Shown one piece after another: positions 1-13,250 of a stretch of 64,000 nucleotides of DNA (positions are counted from its first letter, which is position 1; every line of letters begins with the position of its first letter). The notes beneath the pieces are model-generated. The model was not told the DNA's origin. It did no database searches and worked only from the letters and a program-made list of their open reading frames with translations. This stretch comes from Auanema rhodensis (Eukaryota; Animalia; Nematoda). Location of the stretch: contig OZ059900.1 in the NCBI GenBank assembly GCA_964057225.1, forward strand, positions 3,224,001 to 3,288,000, written 5' to 3'. The position numbers and the translations under genes were made by a program.

Positions 1-3000
1 TTTTTGAAATTTCCGAGTTTTGAGTCCAATTTGGCTAAATCGCTCATATATATGATCAAAAGCATAGTTTTATTGTCTATAACAACAAAAGTCATCAATT
101 AAACGCTAGTGATGTTTTAATACTGAATTTCGCTCAAATAGCATTACTACACTAAGTATGGTCGTTTTTATGCCTTTAACACCATATACTCACCGATTTT
201 TGGTACAAAATCTGTAATACTTGTAAATTTTGATCATATTTGTTAAGATTTGAGAATCAAACACACAATACACAAAATCAGTCTATTTTTATGAGTTTGC
301 ACTGATATATATTCATTTTGATCAAAAAAGGTCGAAAATAGAAAGAATTTTGGAAATGTCCGAGTTTTGAGTCCAATTTGGCTAAATCGCTCATATATAT
401 GATCAAAAGCATAGTTTTATTGTCTATAACAACAAAAGTCATCAATTAAACGCTAGTGATGTTTAAATACTGAATTTCGCTCAAATAGCATTACTACACT
501 AAGTATGGTCGTTTTTATGCCTTTAACACCATATACTCACCGATTTTTGGTACAAAATCTGTAATACTCGTAAATTTTGATCATATTCGTTAAGATTCGA
601 AAATCAAACACACAATAAACAAAATCAGTCTATTTTTATGAGTTTGCACTGATATATATTCATTTTGATCAAAAAAGGTCGAAAATAGAAAGAATTTTTG
701 AATTTTCCGAGTTTTGAGTCTAATTTGGCTAAATCGCTCATATATATGATCAGAAGCATAGTTTTGTTGTCTATGACAACAAAAGTCATCAATTAAACGC
801 TAGTGATGTTTAAATACTGATTTTCGCTCAAATAGCATTACTACACTAAGTATGGTCGTTTTTATGCCTTTAACACCATATACTCACCGATTTTTGGTAC
901 AAAATCTGTAATACTCGTAAATTTTGATCATATTCGTTAAGATTTGAGAATCAAACACACAATACACAAAATCAGTCTATTTTTATGAGCTTGCACTGAT
1001 ATATATTCATTTTGATCAAAAAAGGTCGAAAATAGAAAGAATTTTTAAAATTTCCGAGTTTTGAGTCCAATTTGGCTAAATCGCTCATATATATGATCAA
1101 AAGCATAGTTTTATTGTCTATAACAACAAAAGTCATCAATTAAACGCTAGTGATGTTTAAATACTGAATTTCGCTCAAATAGCATTACTACACTAAGTAT
1201 GGTCGTTTTTATGCCTTTAACACCATATACTCACCGATTTTTGGTACAAAATCTGTAATACTCGTAAATTTTCATCATATTCGTTAAGATTTGAGAATCA
1301 AACATACAATACACAAAATCAGTCTATTTTTATGAGCTTGCACTGATATATATTCATTTTGATCAAAAAAGGTCGAAAATAGAAAGAATTTTTGAAATTT
1401 CCGAGTTTTGAGTCTAATTTGGCTAAATCGCTCATATATATGATCAGAAGCATAGTTTTATTGTCTATGACAACAAAAGTCATCAATTAAACGCTAGTGA
1501 TGTTTAAATACTGATTTTCGCTCAAATAGCATTACTACACTAAGTATGGTCGTTTTTATGCCTTTAACACCATATACTCACCGATTTTTGGTACAAAATC
1601 TGTAATACTCGTAAATTTTGATCATATTCGTTAAGATTTGAAAATCAAACACACAATAAACAAAATCAGTCTATTTTTTTGAGTTTGCACTGATATATAT
1701 TCATTTCGATCGAAAAAGGTCAAAAATAGAAAGAATTTTTGAATTTTCCGAGTTTTGAGTCCAATTGGGCTAAATCGCTCATATATATGATCAAAAGCAT
1801 AGTTTTATTGTCTATGACAACAAAAGTCATTAATTAAACACTAATGATGTTTAAATCACTAAATTTCGCTCAAATAGCATTACTACACTAAGTATGGTCG
1901 TTTTTATGCCTTTAACACCATATACTCACCGATTTTTGGTACAAAATCTGTAATACTCGTAAATTTTGATCATATTCGTTAAGATTTGAGAATCAAACAC
2001 ACAATACACAAAATCAGTCTATTTTTATGAGCTTGCACTGATATATATTCATTTCGATCAAAAAAGATCGAAAAAAGAAAGAATTTTTGAAATTTCCGAG
2101 TTTTGAGTCCAATTTGGCTAAATCGCTCATATATATGATCAAAAGCATAGTTTTATTGTCTATAACAACAAAAGTCATCAATTAAACGCTAGTGATGTTT
2201 TAATACTGAATTTCGCTCAAATAGCATTACTACACTAAGTATGGTCGTTTTTATGCCTTTAACACCATATACTCACCGATTTTTGGTACAAAATCTGTAA
2301 TACTTGTAAATTTTGATCATATTTGTTAAGATTTGAGAATCAAACACACAATACACAAAATCAGTCTATTTTTATGAGTTTGCACTGATATATATTCATT
2401 TTGATCAAAAAAGGTCGAAAATAGAAAGAATTTTGGAAATGTCCGAGTTTTGAGTCCAATTTGGCTAAATCGCTCATATATATGATCAAAAGCATAGTTT
2501 TATTGTCTATAACAACAAAAGTCATCAATTAAACGCTAGTGATGTTTAAATACTGAATTTCGCTCAAATAGCATTACTACACTAAGTATGGTCGTTTTTA
2601 TGCCTTTAACACCATATACTCACCGATTTTTGGTACAAAATCTGTAATACTTGTAAATTTTGATCATATTTGTTAAGATTTGAGAATCAAACACACAATA
2701 CACAAAATCAGTCTATTTTTATGAGTTTGCACTGATATATATTCACTTTGATCAAAAAAGGTCGAAAATAGAAAGAATTTTTGAAATTTCCGAGTTTTGA
2801 GTCCAATTTGGCTAAATCGCTCATATATATGATCAAAAGCATAGTTTTATTGTCTATAACAACAAAAGTCATCAATTAAACGCTAGTGATGTTTAAATAC
2901 TGAATTTCGCTCAAATAGCATTACTACACTAAGTATGGTCGTTTTTATGCCTTTAACACCATATACTCACCGATTTTTGGTACAAAATCTGTAATACTCG

Positions 3001-6000
3001 TAAATTTTGATCATATTCGTTAAGATTTGAGAATCAAACATACAATACACGAAATCAGTCTATTTTTATGAGCTTGCACTGATATATATTCATTTTGATC
3101 AAAAAAGGTCGAAAATAGAAAGAATTTTTGAAATTTCCGAGTTTTGAGTCTAATTTGGCTAAATCGCTCATATATATGATCAGAAGCATAGTTTTATTGT
3201 CTATGATAACAAAAGTCATCAATTAAACGCTAGTGATGTTTAAATACTGATTTTCGCTCAAATAGCATTACTACACTAAGTATGGTCGTTTTTATGCCTT
3301 TAACACCATATACTCACCGATTATTGGTACAAAATCTGTAATACTCGTAAATTTTGATCATATTCGTTAAGATTTGAAAATCAAACACACAATAAACAAA
3401 ATCAGTCTATTTTTATGAGTTTGCACTGATATATATTCATTTTGATCAAAAAAGGTCGAAAATAGAAAGAATTTTTGAATTTTCCGAGTTTTGAGTCCAA
3501 TTGGGCTAAATCGCTCATATATATGATCAAAAGCATAGTTTTATTGTCTATGACAACAAAAGTCATTAATTAAACACTAATGATGTTTAAATCACTAAAT
3601 TTCGCTCAAATAGCATTACTACACTAAGTATGGTCGTTTTTATGCCTTTAACACCATATACTCACCGATTTTTGGTACAAAATCTGTAATACTCGTAAAT
3701 TTTGATCATATTCGTTAAGATTTGAGAATCAAACACACAATACACAAAATCAGTCTATTTTTATGAGCTTGCACTGATATATATTCATTTTGATCAAAAA
3801 AGGTCGAAAAAAGAAAGAATTTTTGAAATTTCCGAGTTTTGAGTCCAATTGGGCTAAATCGCTCATATATATGATCAAAAGCATAGTTTTATTGTCTATG
3901 ACAACAAAAGTCATTAATTAAACACTAATGATGTTTAAATCACTAAATTTCGCTCAAATAGCATTACTACACTAAGTATGGTCGTTTTTATGCCTCTAAC
4001 ACCATATACTCACCGATTTTTGGTACAAAATCTGTAATACTCGTAAATTTTGATCATATTCGTTAAGATTTGAGAATCAAACACACAATACACAAAATCA
4101 GTCTATTTTTATGAGTTTGCACTGATATATATTCATTTTGATCAAAAAAGGTCGAAAATAGAAAGAATTTTGGAAATGTCCGAGTTTTGAGTCCAATTTG
4201 GCTAAATCGCTCATATATATGATCAAAAGCATAGTTTTATTGTCTATAACAACAAAAGTCATCAATTAAACGCTAGTGATGTTTAAATACTGAATTTCGC
4301 TCAAATAGCATTACTACACTAAGTATGGTCGTTTTTATGCCTTTAACACCATATACTCACCGATTTTTGGTACAAAATCTGTAATACTCGTAAATTTTGA
4401 TCATATTCGTTAAGATTTGAGAATCAAACATACAATACACGAAATCAGTCTATTTTTATGAGCTTGCACTGATATATATTCTTTTTGATCAAAAAAGGTC
4501 GAAAATAGAAAGAATTTTTGAAATTTCCGAGTTTTGAGTCTAATTTGGCTAAATCGCTCATATATATGATCAGAAGCATAGTTCTATTGTCTATGACAAC
4601 AAAAATCATCAATTAAACGCTAGTGATGTTCAAATACTGATTTTCGCTCAAATAGCATTACTACACTAAGTATGGTCGTTTTTATGCCTTTAACACCATA
4701 TACTCACCGATTTTTGGTACAAAATCTGTAATACTCGTAAATTTTGATCATATTCGTTAAGATTTGAAAATCAAACACACAATAAACAAAATCAGTCTAT
4801 TTTTATGAGTTTGCACTGATATATATTCATTTTGATCAAAAAAGGTCGAAAATAGAAAGAATTTTTGAATTTTCCGAGTTTTGAGTCCAATTGGGCTAAA
4901 TCGCTCATATATATGATCAAAAGCATAGTTTTATTGTCTATGACAACAAAAGTCATTAATTAAACACTAATGATGTTTAAATCACTAAATTTTGCTCAAA
5001 TAGCATTACTACACTAAGTATGGTCGTTTTTATGCCTCTAACACCATATACTCACCGATTTTTGGTACAAAATCTGTAATACTCGTAAATTTTGATCATA
5101 TTCGTTAAGATTTGAGAATCAAACACACAATACACAAAATCAGTCTATTTTTATGAGTTTGCACTGATATATATTCATTTTGATCAAAAAAGGTCGAAAA
5201 TAGAAAGAATTTTTAAAATTTCCGAGTTTTGAGTCCAATTTGGCTAAATCGCTCATATATATGATCAAAAGCATAGTTTTATTGTCTATAACAACAAAAG
5301 TCATCAATTAAACGCTAGTGATGTTTAAATACTGAATTTCGCTCAAATAGCATTACTACACTAAGTATGGTCGTTTTTATGCCTTTAACACCATATACTC
5401 ACCGATTTTTGGTACAAAATCTGTAATACTCGTAAATTTTGATCATATTCGTTAAGATTTGAGAATCAAACACACAATACACAAAATCAGTCTATTTTTA
5501 TGAGCTTGCACTGATATATATTCATTTTGATCAAAAAAGGTCGAAAATAGAAAGAATTTTTAAAATTTCCGAGTTTTGAGTCCAATTTGGCTAAATCGCT
5601 CATATATATGATCAAAAGCATAGTTTTATTGTCTATAACAACAAAAGTCATCAATTAAACGCTAGTGATGTTTAAATACTGAATTTCGCTCAAATAGCAT
5701 TACTACACTAAGTATGGTCGTTTTTATGCCTTTAACACCATATACTCACCGATTTTTGGTACAAAATCTGTAATACTCGTAAATTTTGATCATATTCGTT
5801 AAGATTTGAGAATCGAACATACAATACACGAAATCAGTCTATTTTTATGAGCTTGCACTGATATATATTCTTTTTGATCAAAAAAGGTCGAAAATAGAAA
5901 GAATTTTTGAAATTTCCGAGTTTTGAGTCTAATTTGGCTAAATCGCTCATATATATGATCAAAAGCATAGTTTTATTGTCTATGACAACAAAAGTCATTA

Positions 6001-8959
6001 ATTAAACACTAATGATGTTTAAATCACTAAATTTCGCTCAAATAGCATTACTACACTAAGTATGGTCGTTTTTATGCCTCTAACACCATATACTCACCGA
6101 TTTTTGGTACAAAATCTGTAATACTCGTAAATTTTGATCATATTCGTTAAGATTTGAGAATCAAACACACAATACACAAAATCAGTCTATTTTTATGAGT
6201 TTGCACTGATATATATTCATTTTGATCAAAAAAGGTCGAAAATAGAAAGAATTTTTGAAATTTCCGAGTTTTGAGTCTAATTTGGCTAAATCGCTCATAT
6301 ATATGATCAGAAGCATAGTTTTATTGTCTATGACAACAAAAGTCATCAATTAAACGCTAGTGATGTTTTAATACTGAATTTCGCTCAAATAGCATTACTA
6401 CACTAAGTATGGTCGTTTTTATGCCTTTAACACCATATACTCACCGATTTTTGGTACAAAATCTGTAATACTCGTAAATTTTGATCATATTCGTTAAGAT
6501 TTGAAAATCAAACACACAATAAACAAAATCAGTCTATTTTTATGAGTTTGCACTGATATATATTCATTTTGATCAAAAAAGGTCGAAAATAGAAAGAATT
6601 TTTGAAATTTCCGAGTTTTGAGTCCAATTTGGCTAAATCGCTCATATATATGATCAAAAGCATAGTTTTATTGTCTATAACAACAAAAGTTATCAATTAA
6701 ACGCTAGTGATGTTTAAATACTGAATTTCGCTCAAATAGCATTACTACACTAAGTATGGTCGTTTTTATGCCTTTAACACCATATACTCACCGATTTTTG
6801 GTACAAAATCTGTAATACTCGTAAATTTTGATCATATTCGTTAAGATTTGAGAATCAAACATACAATACACGAAATCAGTCTATTTTTATGAGCTTGCAC
6901 TGATATATATTCTTTTTGATCAAAAAAGGTCGAAAATAGAAAGAATTTTTGAAATTTCCGAGTTTTGAGTCTAATTTGGCTAAATCGCTCATATATATGA
7001 TCAGAAGCATAGTTCTATTGTCTATGACAACAAAAATCATCAATTAAACGCTAGTGATGTTCAAATACTGATTTTCGCTCAAATAGCATTACTACACTAA
7101 GTATGGTCGTTTTTATGCCTTTAACACCATATACTCACCGATTTTTGGTACAAAATCTGTAATACTCGTAAATTTTGATCATATTCGTTAAGATTTGAAA
7201 ATCAAACACACAATAAACAAAATCAGTCTATTTTTATGAGTTTGCACTGATATATATTCATTTTGATCAAAAAAGGTCGAAAATAGAAAGAATTTTTGAA
7301 TTTTCCGAGTTTTGAGTCCAATTGGGCTAAATCGCTCATATATATGATCAAAAGCATAGTTTTATTGTCTATGACAACAAAAGTCATTAATTAAACACTA
7401 ATGATGTTTAAATCACTAAATTTTGCTCAAATAGCATTACTACACTAAGTATGGTCGTTTTTATGCCTCTAACACCATATACTCACCGATTTTTGGTACA
7501 AAATCTGTAATACTCGTAAATTTTGATCATATTCGTTAAGATTTGAGAATCAAACACACAATACACAAAATCAGTCTATTTTTATGAGTTTGCACTGATA
7601 TATATTCATTTTGATCAAAAAAGGTCGAAAATAGAAAGAATTTTGGAAATGTCCGAGTTTTGAGTCCAATTTGGCTAAATCGCTCATATATATGATCAAA
7701 AGCATAGTTTTATTGTCTATAACAACAAAAGTCATCAATTAAACGCTAGTGATGTTTAAATACTGAATTTCGCTCAAATAGCATTACTACACTAAGTATG
7801 GTCGTTTTTATGCCTTTAACACCATATACTCACCGATTTTTGGTACAAAATCTGTAATACTCGTAAATTTTGATCATATTCGTTAAGATTTGAGAATCAA
7901 ACATACAATACACGAAATCAGTCTATTTTTATGAGCTTGCACTGATATATATTCTTTTTGATCAAAAAAGGTCGAAAATAGAAAGAATTTTTGAAATTTC
8001 CGAGTTTTGAGTCTAACTTGGCTAAATCGCTCATATATATGATCAGAAGCATAGTTTTGTTGTCTATGACAACAAAAGTCATCAATTAAACGCTAGTGAT
8101 GTTTAAATACTGATTTTCGCTCAAATAGCATTACTACACTAAGTATGGTCGTTTTTATGCCTTTAACACCATATACTCACCGATTTTTGGTACAAAATCT
8201 GTAATACTCGTAAATTTTGATCATATTCGTTAAGATTTGAGAATCAAACACACAATACACAAAATCAGTCTATTTTTATGAGCTTGCACTGATATATATT
8301 CATTTTGATCAAAAAAGGTCGAAAATAGAAAGAATTTTTAAAATTTCCGAGTTTTGAGTCCAATTTGGCTAAATCGCTCATATATATGATCAAAAGCATA
8401 GTTTTATTGTCTATAACAACAAAAGTCATCAATTAAACGCTAGTGATGTTTAAATACTGAATTTCGCTCAAATAGCATTACTACACTAAGTATGGTCGTT
8501 TTTATGCCTTTAACACCATATACTCACCGATTTTTGGTACAAAATCTGTAATACTCGTAAATTTTGATCATATTCGTTAAGATTTGAGAATCAAACATAC
8601 AATACACGAAATCAGTCTATTTTTATGAGCTTGCACTGATATATATTCTTTTTGATCAAAAAAGGTCGAAAATAGAAAGAATTTTTGAAATTTCCGAGTT
8701 TTGAGTCTAATTTGGCTAAATCGCTCATATATATGATCAGAAGCATAGTTTTGTTGTCTATGACAACAAAAGTCATCAATTAAACGCTAGTGATGTTTAA
8801 ATACTGAATTTCGCTCAAATAGCATTACTACACTAAGTATGGTCGTTTTTATGCCTTTAACACCATATACTCACCGATTTTTGGTACAAAATCTGTAATA
8901 CTCGTAAATTTTGATCATATTCGTTAAGATTTGAAAATCAAACACACAATAAACAAAAT

Positions 8960-11900
8960 CAGTCTATTTTTATGAGTTTGCACTGATATATATTCATTTT
9001 GATCAAAAAAGGTCGAAAATAGAAAGAATTTTGGAAATGTCCGAGTTTTGAGTCCAATTTGGCTAAATCGCTCATATATATGATCAAAAGCATAGTTTTA
9101 TTGTCTATAACAACAAAAGTCATCAATTAAACGCTAGTGATGTTTAAATACTGAATTTCGCTCAAATAGCATTACTACACTAAGTATGGTCGTTTTTATG
9201 CCTTTAACACCATATACTCACCGATTTTTGGTACAAAATCTGTAATACTCGTAAATTTTGATCATATTCGTTAAGATTTGAGAATCAAACATACAATACA
9301 CGAAATCAGTCTATTTTTATGAGCTTGCACTGATATATATTCATTTTGATCAAAAAAGGTCGAAAATAGAAAGAATTTTTAAAATTTCCGAGTTTTGAGT
9401 CCAATTTGGCTAAATCGCTCATATATATGATCAAAAGCATAGTTTTATTGTCTATAACAACAAAAGTCATCAATTAAACGCTAGTGATGTTTAAATACTG
9501 AATTTCGCTCAAATAGCATTACTACACTAAGTATGGTCGTTTTTATGCCTTTAACACCATATACTCACCGATTTTTGGTACAAAATCTGTAATACTCGTA
9601 AATTTTGATCATATTCGTTAAGATTTGAGAATCAAACATACAATACACGAAATCAGTCTATTTTTATGAGCTTGCACTGATATATATTCATTTTGATCAA
9701 AAAAGGTCGAAAATAGAAAGAATTTTTGAAATTTCCGAGTTTTGAGTCTAATTTGGCTAAATCGCTCATATATATGATCAGAAGCATAGTTTTATTGTCT
9801 ATGACAACAAAAGTCATCAATTAAACGCTAGTGATGTTTAAATACTGATTTTCGCTCAAATAGCATTACTACACTAAGTATGGTCGTTTTTATGCCTTTA
9901 ACACCATATACTCACCGATTTTTGGTACAAAATCTGTAATACTCGTAAATTTTGATCATATTCGTTAAGATTTGAAAATCAAACACACAATAAACAAAAT
10001 CAGTCTATTTTTTTGAGTTTGCACTGATATATATTCATTTCGATCGAAAAAGGTCGAAAATAGAAAGAATTTTTGAATTTTCCGAGTTTTGAGTCCAATT
10101 GGGCTAAATCGCTCATATATATGATCAAAAGCATAGTTTTATTGTCTATGACAACAAAAGTCATTAATTAAACACTAATGATGTTTAAATCACTAAATTT
10201 CGCTCAAATAGCATTACTACACTAAGTATGGTCGTTTTTATGCCTTTAACACCATATACTCACCGATTTTTGGTACAAAATCTGTAATACTCGTAAATTT
10301 TGATCATATTCGTTAAGATTTGAGAATCAAACACACAATACACAAAATCAGTCTATTTTTATGAGCTTGCACTGATATATATTCATTTTGATCAAAAAAG
10401 ATCGAAAAAAGAAAGAATTTTTGAAATTTCCGAGTTTTGAGTCCAATTTGGCTAAATCGCTCATATATATGATCAAAAGCATAGTTTTATTGTCTATAAC
10501 AACAAAAGTCATCAATTAAACGCTAGTGATGTTTAAATACTGAATTTCGCTCAAATAGCATTACTACACTAAGTATGGTCGTTTTTATGCCTTTAACACC
10601 ATATACTCACCGATTTTTGGTACAAAATCTGTAATACTCGTAAATTTTGATCATATTCGTTAAGATTTGAGAATCAAACATACAATACACGAAATCAGTC
10701 TATTTTTATGAGCTTGCACTGATATATATTCATTTTGATCAAAAAAGGTCGAAAATAGAAAGAATTTTTGAAATTTCCGAGTTTTGAGTCTAATTTGGCT
10801 AAATCGCTCATATATATGATCAGAAGCATAGTTTTGTTGTCTATGACAACAAAAGTCATCAATTAAACGCTAGTGATGTTTAAATACTGAATTTCGCTCA
10901 AATAGCATTACTACACTAAGTATGGTCGTTTTTATGCCTTTAACACCATATACTCACCGATTTTTGGTACAAAATCTGTAATACTCGTAAATTTTGATCA
11001 TATTCGTTAAGATTTGAAAATCAAACACACAATAAACAAAATCAGTCTATTTTTATGAGTTTGCACTGATATATATTCATTTTGATCAAAAAAGGTCGAA
11101 AATAGAAAGAATTTTTGAATTTTCCGAGTTTTGAGTCCAATTGGGCTAAATCGCTCATATATATGATCAAAAGCATAGTTTTATTGTCTATGACAACAAA
11201 AGTCATTAATTAAACACTAATGATGTTTAAATCACTAAATTTTGCTCAAATAGCATTACTACACTAAGTATGGTCGTTTTTATGCCTCTAACACCATATA
11301 CTCACCGATTTTTGGTACAAAATCTGTAATACTCGTAAATTTTGATCATATTCGTTAAGATTTGAGAATCAAACACACAATACACAAAATCAGTCTATTT
11401 TTATGAGTTTGCACTGATATATATTCATTTTGATCAAAAAAGGTCGAAAATAGAAAGAATTTTGGAAATGTCCGAGTTTTGAGTCCAATTTGGCTAAATC
11501 GCTCATATATATGATCAAAAGCATAGTTTTATTGTCTATAACAACAAAAGTCATCAATTAAACGCTAGTGATGTTTAAATACTGAATTTCGCTCAAATAG
11601 CATTACTACACTAAGTATGGTCGTTTTTATGCCTTTAACACCATATACTCACCGATTTTTGGTACAAAATCTGTAATACTCGTAAATTTTGATCATATTC
11701 GTTAAGATTTGAGAATCAAACATACAATACACGAAATCAGTCTATTTTTATGAGCTTGCACTGATATATATTCATTTTGATCAAAAAAGGTCGAAAATAG
11801 AAAGAATTTTTAAAATTTCCGAGTTTTGAGTCCAATTTGGCTAAATCGCTCATATATATGATCAAAAGCATAGTTTTATTGTCTATAACAACAAAAGTCA

Positions 11901-13250
11901 TCAATTAAACGCTAGTGATGTTTAAATACTGAATTTCGCTCAAATAGCATTACTACACTAAGTATGGTCGTTTTTATGCCTTTAACACCATATACTCACC
12001 GATTTTTGGTACAAAATCTGTAATACTCGTAAATTTTGATCATATTCGTTAAGATTTGAGAATCAAACATACAATACACGAAATCAGTCTATTTTTATGA
12101 GCTTGCACTGATATATATTCATTTTGATCAAAAAAGGTCGAAAATAGAAAGAATTTTTGAAATTTCCGAGTTTTGAGTCTAATTTGGCTAAATCGCTCAT
12201 ATATATGATCAGAAGCATAGTTTTATTGTCTATGACAACAAAAGTCATCAATTAAACGCTAGTGATGTTTAAATACTGATTTTCGCTCAAATAGCATTAC
12301 TACACTAAGTATGGTCGTTTTTATGCCTTTAACACCATATACTCACCGATTTTTGGTACAAAATCTGTAATACTCGTAAATTTTGATCATATTCGTTAAG
12401 ATTTGAAAATCAAACACACAATAAACAAAATCAGTCTATTTTTTTGAGTTTGCACTGATATATATTCATTTCGATCGAAAAAGGTCGAAAATAGAAAGAA
12501 TTTTTGAATTTTCCGAGTTTTGAGTCCAATTGGGCTAAATCGCTCATATATATGATCAAAAGCATAGTTTTATTGTCTATGACAACAAAAGTCATTAATT
12601 AAACACTAATGATGTTTAAATCACTAAATTTCGCTCAAATAGCATTACTACACTAAGTATGGTCGTTTTTATGCCTTTAACACCATATACTCACCGATTT
12701 TTGGTACAAAATCTGTAATACTCGTAAATTTTGATCATATTCGTTAAGATTTGAGAATCAAACACACAATACACAAAATCAGTCTATTTTTATGAGCTTG
12801 CACTGATATATATTCATTTTGATCAAAAAAGATCGAAAAAAGAAAGAATTTTTGAAATTTCCGAGTTTTGAGTCCAATTTGGCTAAATCGCTCATATATA
12901 TGATCAAAAGCATAGTTTTATTGTCTATAACAACAAAAGTCATCAATTAAACGCTAGTGATGTTTAAATACTGAATTTCGCTCAAATAGCATTACTACAC
13001 TAAGTATGGTCGTTTTTATGCCTTTAACACCATATACTCACCGATTTTTGGTACAAAATCTGTAATACTCGTAAATTTTGATCATATTCGTTAAGATTTG
13101 AGAATCAAACATACAATACACGAAATCAGTCTATTTTTATGAGCTTGCACTGATATATATTCATTTTGATCAAAAAAGGTCGAAAATAGAAAGAATTTTT
13201 GAAATTTCCGAGTTTTGAGTCTAATTTGGCTAAATCGCTCATATATATGA
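8960..13250 (+). repeat. Partial 7-monomer duplication (2431 bp offset)
   Basis: CAGTCTATTTTTTTGAG...TTTCGATCG occurs at 10001 and 12432, and the flanking variant order matches over about 1.86 kb. Confidence 0.85.

Noticed and set aside
1-347. Assignment to a named satellite family or taxon, or to 5S/rDNA or tRNA tandem arrays
   Set aside because: Satellites of about 340-360 bp occur in many plants and insects, and length alone is not diagnostic. I do not recognise the sequence, and no RNA-gene motifs are visible. A BLAST or Dfam search is needed.
585-601. CENP-B box-like TTCGTT motif (ATTCGTTAAG...)
   Set aside because: Only the TTCGTT half matches. The CGGG half is absent and the CpG is polymorphic.
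1826-1865. Compensatory stem changes between subtype A (CATCA...TGATG) and subtype B (TCATTA...TAATGA)
   Set aside because: The stems are in different registers and only 5-6 bp long in AT-rich DNA, so this is not true covariation.
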